This document shows positions 58,763-64,000 of a DNA stretch of 64,000 bases, in pieces. Each line of letters starts with the position of its first letter. Positions within the stretch are counted from its first letter, which is position 1. The stretch spans positions 1-64,000 of the IMG/VR virus record IMGVR_UViG_3300023174_005548. One strand, 5' to 3'. The notes under the pieces were generated by a model. That model was not told where the DNA came from. It saw nothing but the letters and a program-made list of their open reading frames with translations, and made no database searches. A program made the translations under genes and the position numbers. The DNA is from a virus.

Positions 58763-59764
58763 TTATAATCCATGTAATTTTAACATATCCTGCATACTAA
58801 GTTCACCACCCTTTTTCTGAGCTTCTTTACCTAAATCTACTATCTCATCATCTTTAGAGAATTGATTGATATTCTTAATTTCATCCTTAGAAGCTCCAAT
58901 ATATGTCGCTCCATCTTTCTCTTTAGATTTATGCTTAACATCTGAGGCGCTATTTATATTTCTATTTAATTCATACCAATCAAGCAATTGATCAAGATCA
59001 TCATAATACTCTTCACTTGGACTAGCGCCCTTTGATAATACGTTCTTATAGACCCTTGCGTTTGAGAATATTTCAAGCTGAAAAGTAGATAATTGAATGA
59101 TAGGTTTACCATAAAAAATGAATATATCGTCTTCTGTTAAGAACATATTATTTAAGAAAAATGGAAGAGTAGCTATTTTCTTTAAGTTTTTTTGGTTGAA
59201 ATTCTCAATTATTTTATTATACATTGAGATGTATACTGTGAGATCTTTTGTATCAAGTTCTTCAAAATCATTTTCACTAAATAAATTTATTTTTAAATCT
59301 TGGTCTTTAAATATTGATCTATAAATTATCATTTCATTTGATCTTTTATTGGCGTATTTTTCTGCAGTTATCCCTAATAAACCTTCTCGTTCTAGATTTA
59401 TTTCATTTAATTCTTTTTCTAATTGTTTGATTTGGGTATTTAAACTAGTGGTTTGACTTTTAATGAATACTTTTTTAAGAGTATCTTTAAGATGTGCAAT
59501 TTGTTTTTTATTAAATGCTATTTTCTTTTCTTTTTCTTCAGACCATAAATCTGCATTACATAGCTCTTCTATCTTGCCTTTTTCATCTGGAAGACCACGA
59601 ACTTTGGCCTCATTAAAATGTTGAATGTAAAGATCTTCGATTAAGCCTAAATCAATCTCATATGGATGCTTGATGTATATATTTTGAGAAGCTATATAAG
59701 AATATCCTAAAATGATATCTTTATATAATTTTCTTAAAAATCTATACTCATTATCAACTGTCAC
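58763..59764 (-). CDS. Probable tail assembly chaperone
   Basis: Helical, charged 333-aa protein directly upstream of the TMP; call is positional. Confidence 0.5.
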   Translation of the reverse strand: MTVDNEYRFLRKLYKDIILGYSYIASQNIYIKHPYEIDLGLIEDLYIQHFNEAKVRGLPDEKGKIEELCNADLWSEEKEKKIAFNKKQIAHLKDTLKKVFIKSQTTSLNTQIKQLEKELNEINLEREGLLGITAEKYANKRSNEMIIYRSIFKDQDLKINLFSENDFEELDTKDLTVYISMYNKIIENFNQKNLKKIATLPFFLNNMFLTEDDIFIFYGKPIIQLSTFQLEIFSNARVYKNVLSKGASPSEEYYDDLDQLLDWYELNRNINSASDVKHKSKEKDGATYIGASKDEIKNINQFSKDDEIVDLGKEAQKKGGELSMQDMLKLHGL

Positions 59765-60605
59765 TTACTTTAGCTTCTTCTTTTGCTTCTTCTTTTGGCT
59801 TTTCTTCTTGATTTTCTGATTTAGCTTCTGCTTTGGCTTCGTCTACAGTTATTTCAGCTTGAACAGGAATATAATATTTTTCTGCTCTAACGAAATCTTC
59901 TTGAGAGGAGATTTTACCCATGTACCAGAAACTAATAAAATAAGCTAATTTCTTAAATGACTCATTCCAAAATAAATTCTCTGATTCTTCTAGACTATCA
60001 TAATATTCTAGTTTTTCATCAAAAGTTTTTCCTTGGAATACTGGAACAAAATCATTCGCTTTTTCATCAAGCATATAAGATAAGTTTAAAACCCACCACA
60101 TAATACATTGATTTCTAGCTCTATTTTCTGCTGTTTGATCAAATAATGAAATTTGAGAAAACTCTAGATTTTGTAATTCCTGACGAATTTCAGTTAGTTC
60201 TGCTAATACAGAAGCGACTTTTGCAGTCTTGTCTTCTGGTGAAATATTCTCCAAATTAAGAGATACTTTTTGAAATTCTGTTTCTTTAGAGTAAAGATCA
60301 ACATAAAGTTGAGTATACTTTTGTTTTTCTGGTTCGCTCATTGAGCCACCATCATTTTGATATCTTTTAGCAAGAAGAGCTTTTGTTAATAGGCCAGCTT
60401 TAATTCCTTCTGAAAGCTTGATGCCATAAAACAATTCAGCATCATCAAATTGTCTGCGAGTTGGTTTTTGTATTTTAAACTTAGTTGGAACAACTTTTTT
60501 GACTTTCTTAGTTGTTTTAACTTCGTTGCCTTGAGCATCGTTGGTTACTTCAACTTGCTCGATTTCTTTTTCATTATTTACTGCGAATTCATATAGCCAT
60601 TTCAT
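59754..60605 (-). CDS. Probable tail assembly chaperone
   Basis: Helical 283-aa protein between the tail tube gene and the TMP; call is positional. Confidence 0.5.
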   Translation of the reverse strand: MKWLYEFAVNNEKEIEQVEVTNDAQGNEVKTTKKVKKVVPTKFKIQKPTRRQFDDAELFYGIKLSEGIKAGLLTKALLAKRYQNDGGSMSEPEKQKYTQLYVDLYSKETEFQKVSLNLENISPEDKTAKVASVLAELTEIRQELQNLEFSQISLFDQTAENRARNQCIMWWVLNLSYMLDEKANDFVPVFQGKTFDEKLEYYDSLEESENLFWNESFKKLAYFISFWYMGKISSQEDFVRAEKYYIPVQAEITVDEAKAEAKSENQEEKPKEEAKEEAKVSDS

Positions 60606-60620
60606 ATTTTTCCTTGCTCC

Positions 60621-60878
60621 TTATAGTAGATTTTTAGACTTTAAAAAGTCTTTGGTTTTGTTAAAATTTTTAACTCCGCCAATAGTTCTTATAAACTTAT
60701 TTTGCTTTTCTGCATCCCAAGTTTTTATATGCTGTAGAGATTTATTTTTAATAAAAGATTCAAAGTCAAAGTATTTAATCTTAAAATCCTTCTCAAGAGT
60801 TCTTTGAATAGCTTGCATAGATAATACAGCAGACAAAGTTTCCTCAATAGGAAAATTAAATAGTAGTTTGCTTTTCAT
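60621..60878 (-). CDS. Hypothetical protein
   Basis: 85-aa ORF with ATGA overlap. Confidence 0.6.
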   Translation of the reverse strand: MKSKLLFNFPIEETLSAVLSMQAIQRTLEKDFKIKYFDFESFIKNKSLQHIKTWDAEKQNKFIRTIGGVKNFNKTKDFLKSKNLL

Positions 60879-61162
60879 TTTTTAATTTCCATGTTTAATA
60901 GATCTAAGTTTTTAGTTATTTCCCTAACTGTTTCATTTCCTAAATCTAATATCTTTTTCCTTAAGTAATTATACTTATTATCATCAAAATAATCAACATT
61001 TTTCAATGTCCCTTGATCTACTTTACTATTCAATTTATTAAGCATATTTACATGCTCTTCTTGAATATCTTCGATTAGATTAAGATATCTCTTATAAAGA
61101 GAAGTAATGTTTCTATGTATTTGAAATAATAGAAATTCCTTAAGTTTAGGATCTGTCTCCAT
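60875..61162 (-). CDS. Hypothetical protein
   Basis: 95-aa ORF with an AAGG-rich leader. Confidence 0.65.
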   Translation of the reverse strand: METDPKLKEFLLFQIHRNITSLYKRYLNLIEDIQEEHVNMLNKLNSKVDQGTLKNVDYFDDNKYNYLRKKILDLGNETVREITKNLDLLNMEIKK

Positions 61163-61193
61163 AAGCCTTATATTCCTTGTTCCTTACCTATCT

Positions 61194-61199
61194 TTACAC
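61194..61199 (-). promoter_or_regulatory. GTGTAA motif directly after the terminator
   Basis: Reverse complement ...ggggtttttagtgtaaagataggtaaggaacaaggaatataaggcttATG. Confidence 0.55.
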
Positions 61200-61200
61200 T

Positions 61201-61222
61201 AAAAACCCCGCTTTCGCGGGGT
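61201..61222 (-). terminator. Rho-independent terminator after the tail tube gene
   Basis: Reverse complement ACCCCGC-GAAA-GCGGGGT-TTTT: a 7-bp GC-rich stem, GNRA loop and U-tract. Confidence 0.9.
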
Positions 61223-61251
61223 CTTAGTAATTTTAAATTTTATTTAAAATA

Positions 61252-62337
61252 TTAAGGACTTATTACATTATTTTCAATGAATAGACCCTTAGCTGTATCA
61301 TTTGGTCCACCAATTTGAGCACTGAATTCCATTGTGACTGATTTATTGTCACCGATTGCAGAACTAAATGATTGAGAATCTAGTTTTGCACCTTTTAATG
61401 TATATCTTAATGCGTATGGAGTATAACTTGTGTTACAATCATTACTTGGAGCGCCCAAGACAAATGTTAGATCATAATTCTTACTATCATCACAAACTAT
61501 ATCAGATAGTGCATTTCCAAGAGTATCAGATCCAGCGATATCACCCATGACGGCTTCTACGCTAGCTGTAACTGTAACTGGGAATGTGATTTCTCTTGAG
61601 AAAGCGAATTTACTTCCTAATTTTTGAATTGAATCACGACCAATATCAGTTGAAAGTGAGAAATTTTGAATCTTTAAATCACTCGCATTTACACCAAGGC
61701 CAGATATGTTTAGCAAGATATCTCCGGGGCGAAGTGCAGTATATCCAACTCCAGTTGTTAAACCTGAAATAGAGAATTTATCTGTAGTATTTGCAGAGCC
61801 ATCTTGAGAACTAACATGAGGTCCGTATCCAGTTGTGGCTGGATAGAATTTCATATTTAAACCTTCAGCGGCAACTGATACTTTTGGAAAATCACCTACT
61901 GCAGCTTCAATAGAATATGAAGTTAAAGCACCATTTCCAATACCGATAACTCTTCCTTGTGCTCCGTTTGTACCAGTTGCACTTACGTCAATATTTGCAT
62001 CTGTACCTTCTGGAGAAACATAGATGTAGTAATTATTAACATCTTTTGTACCAGAAAGAATATCGGATAAAGCGCTTTTTGATGCTCCGAAAGTAAATCC
62101 TAAAGCTTGTTCGTTTTGACCAGAGCTGGCGAAATAACTAAAATCTAAACTGACTGTTGGTTGCTCTACAATAATACGATCAATCGCGGCTAATTGTCCG
62201 TATTGATTAACATCTGTTCTTGCAATATCAAAACTATAGTTTGCATCTTGAACTCTTATTAGTTCTGTTGGTGAAGAACTTCCGGTAGGTCCTACGAAAA
62301 GGGCTTCACTTTGATAAATTACTCTTTTTCTTGCCAT
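61252..62337 (-). CDS. Major tail tube protein
   Basis: 361 aa, beta-rich, with two internally similar halves (RVQDANYSFDIARTDVNQYG / KIQNFSLSTDIGRDSIQKLG). Strong AAGGAG RBS and its own terminator; upstream of chaperones and TMP. Confidence 0.75.
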   Translation of the reverse strand: MARKRVIYQSEALFVGPTGSSSPTELIRVQDANYSFDIARTDVNQYGQLAAIDRIIVEQPTVSLDFSYFASSGQNEQALGFTFGASKSALSDILSGTKDVNNYYIYVSPEGTDANIDVSATGTNGAQGRVIGIGNGALTSYSIEAAVGDFPKVSVAAEGLNMKFYPATTGYGPHVSSQDGSANTTDKFSISGLTTGVGYTALRPGDILLNISGLGVNASDLKIQNFSLSTDIGRDSIQKLGSKFAFSREITFPVTVTASVEAVMGDIAGSDTLGNALSDIVCDDSKNYDLTFVLGAPSNDCNTSYTPYALRYTLKGAKLDSQSFSSAIGDNKSVTMEFSAQIGGPNDTAKGLFIENNVISP

Positions 62338-62369
62338 ATTTTATTTCTCCTTTGAAATCTTGTCTATTA

Positions 62370-62375
62370 TTACAG
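62370..62375 (-). promoter_or_regulatory. CTGTAA variant of the GTGTAA motif upstream of the tail tube gene
   Basis: Reverse complement attaactgtaataatagacaagatttcaaaggagaaataaaatATG. Confidence 0.4.
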
Positions 62376-62402
62376 TTAATTTTATATCAAGAGAAGTCAT
62401 TT

Positions 62403-63242
62403 TTAACACCTTGGATAGCGTATATTACTTAAGGTAAAGTCTACGAAGGCTGGAAATACTTGAGTATTTTTTGGATTAAAATTAGCAAATATTTTGCTAA
62501 TATTGACTTCTGTGATATAAAAAGCGTCATTGGATAGATTAATGCCAGATGTTAAGGTATTATAGTTAAAATATCCACTACTTAATGATCCGAAATTATT
62601 AAATGGAGGGGGATTAATTAATGGCACATATCTTCTTGCAGTATCTTTTAGTATACTACAAACGGCATCTAAATTAAACATATTATCTGCTAAAACTACA
62701 GCCCTAACTTCTAGCATAGTCTGGTCTTGGCCTCCAAGGGCAAATGGCTCATTAGTACCACCATTATTTTTAAGAAATATACAAGGATAAGTTATGGATT
62801 CAAGGGCTAATCCAGTTGGACTTTGAGTAGTTTTGGGTCTAATTTTATACTCTGTTTCAAATAATAACTCTTCTTCTGGTTGATTTGTTAAATATATATT
62901 GAAATCTTTAACAGCATAAGTTCCACTTATTGTTTTGCCAGCTTGGTTTCCAGTAAAATATACTTGACCTTGATTAGGATTAATACCACTCAAACCACTT
63001 TGACCGACTTTAATAAATGAATTATTAACATAAACTCCAGATAATAAATTAGCGCCGCTAATAGAACTATCACTTACTACTTGCTTAAATGGTAATCCAT
63101 AAGTATAAAAACCATTATAAATATTTGTAATAGGATAAAATTGACTATTATAGTTTTGAAAAGCTTCGCCTTTTTTGAGTAGGATGTTGTCCATCCACAT
63201 AATCATACTTGACATTAAAACGTTATCTAATTGGATTTTCAT
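62403..63242 (-). CDS. Tail terminator / completion protein (putative)
   Basis: Precedes the tail tube gene; YPCIFL...PFALGG...EVRAVVLAD. Confidence 0.55.
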   Translation of the reverse strand: MKIQLDNVLMSSMIMWMDNILLKKGEAFQNYNSQFYPITNIYNGFYTYGLPFKQVVSDSSISGANLLSGVYVNNSFIKVGQSGLSGINPNQGQVYFTGNQAGKTISGTYAVKDFNIYLTNQPEEELLFETEYKIRPKTTQSPTGLALESITYPCIFLKNNGGTNEPFALGGQDQTMLEVRAVVLADNMFNLDAVCSILKDTARRYVPLINPPPFNNFGSLSSGYFNYNTLTSGINLSNDAFYITEVNISKIFANFNPKNTQVFPAFVDFTLSNIRYPRC

Positions 63243-63796
63243 TTTGTTAAATTATTTGTAAAATTTTTAATAATTTCTGACATATATCTTACTCTTTTAA
63301 ATGAAGAACCTCTAACTTTATTTTCACTTTGAACAGCTTCTTCTGAGCGACCTTTTAGGAATTTTTTATAAATATAATATCCAAAACCAGATATACCTTT
63401 TTCAATTCCACTAACCCAACTTCTGCCACCTTCCCAAGGCATAGGAGTATTTTTTTTGATAAATTCCATATCTGGATATGTAATTATAAATCTTGATGCA
63501 GATTTTCTTTTTAAATTGAAATTTTTTTCTAGCGCTTCTCTAAGATCACCAACTGGATTATCTCCAGCGTAAAAACCAATATAGCTGAATAAATTTCCAA
63601 TTCCATTTAAAGTATTTGAACTATTGGTTGCTCTTGGTCCCTCTGAGATTTCTTGAGTTACTGCATGATTATCAAAATCATCTAAAAATTGTTCTTTGCT
63701 CTCTTCATACTTTTCTCTTACGATTTCTTCTGATTTAATTTGAAATGCGGGTGTTTGTTCTATAGCTTTTTTAAGATCAAAGTTAATTTTATTCAT
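63239..63796 (-). CDS. Neck / tail-completion protein (putative)
   Basis: Positional; GNLFSYIGF, PMPWEGGRSWV.GIE.GISG. Confidence 0.5.
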   Translation of the reverse strand: MNKINFDLKKAIEQTPAFQIKSEEIVREKYEESKEQFLDDFDNHAVTQEISEGPRATNSSNTLNGIGNLFSYIGFYAGDNPVGDLREALEKNFNLKRKSASRFIITYPDMEFIKKNTPMPWEGGRSWVSGIEKGISGFGYYIYKKFLKGRSEEAVQSENKVRGSSFKRVRYMSEIIKNFTNNLTK

Positions 63797-63999
63797 TACC
63801 TTGTTTCCTTCAAGAAGTAAACATAGAAAGTATTGTTTTGATAATGTTTAACTATACTTGTGCTATAAAGATTAAATGTTTTACCATCAAATGTTATATT
63901 CTCTGTTCGATCTGTATTAATGTAATTTGCGCAATCTGCTTTAACATAAATTTCAACTTGTTGGTCTGGAAATTTCAATTTAATATCTGGATTTTCTTG
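63796..63999 (-). CDS. Head-closure-like protein (5' partial)
   Basis: Frame is open to the window edge (QENPDIKLKFPDQ...); ends with ITFDGKTF...YVYFLKE. Confidence 0.5.
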   Translation of the reverse strand, partial: QENPDIKLKFPDQQVEIYVKADCANYINTDRTENITFDGKTFNLYSTSIVKHYQNNTFYVYFLKETR

Positions 64000-64000
64000 T

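Larger units (their letters stand above)
1..64000. mobile_element. Segment of a large tailed dsDNA bacteriophage genome (glycan island, replication module, tail module)
   Basis: Dense, co-oriented gene blocks. Tape measure, tail tube and tail tip genes lie alongside phage-type RecA/DnaB/primase/DnaE/ThyX. No ribosomal or other housekeeping operons. Confidence 0.93.

Noticed and set aside
59754-59830. Programmed -1 frameshift between the tail chaperone genes
   Set aside because: No clear X XXY YYZ slippery heptamer near the overlap, and the downstream ORF has its own GTG start.
374-61550. Short antisense or off-frame ORFs in the track (e.g. 374-679, 2593-2853, 3661-3915, 10495-10821, 32143-32442, 57410-57718, 58085-58495)
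   Set aside because: They lie within longer, motif-bearing genes and have no start context or recognisable motifs; these are shadow ORFs.
1-64000. Stop-codon reassignment or tRNA genes
   Set aside because: Conserved genes are intact under the standard code, all three stop codons end genes, and no cloverleaf-like intergenic sequence was seen.

Overview
The window is part of the genome of a large, very AT-rich tailed dsDNA phage (standard genetic code; no rRNA, tRNA, CRISPR or IS seen). It has two convergent arms that meet at 35767-35770. The + arm has four parts. (i) A cell-envelope module, 1-3410: a PEP-CTERM surface protein, small membrane/secreted proteins and a nested LamG protein; this hints at an exosortase-bearing, possibly PVC-group host. 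(ii) A Dps/DUF5856-like fusion protein. (iii) A ~16.6 kb glycan-biosynthesis island, 4329-20911: many glycosyltransferases and methyltransferases, a TPP E1alpha/beta pair, RfbH, RmlB and Gmd. (iv) A replication/recombination module: RecA-like, DnaB, ThyX, primase, Cas4/AddB-like nuclease, DnaE split into PHP, exonuclease and polymerase genes, a Whirly-like SSB, two GT-B proteins and a Rad52-like annealase. The - arm is tail morphogenesis, from neck and tail tube through chaperones and tape measure to tail tip and fibre proteins. The most notable observation is the tape measure protein, which carries cargo cassettes (a PD-(D/E)XK-like and a ParB/Srx-like domain) delimited by five GF[IV]PN[FL] peptide motifs; this is a candidate injected-effector system. 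Other highlights: virion proteins saturated with [ST]-G dipeptides next to a large glycosylation island; two promoter classes, mostly leaderless (sigma70-type and a GTGTAA motif), the second of which reveals a hidden 24-aa membrane microprotein; and apparent CCWGG avoidance. All protein calls come from motif recognition by eye, not database searches.
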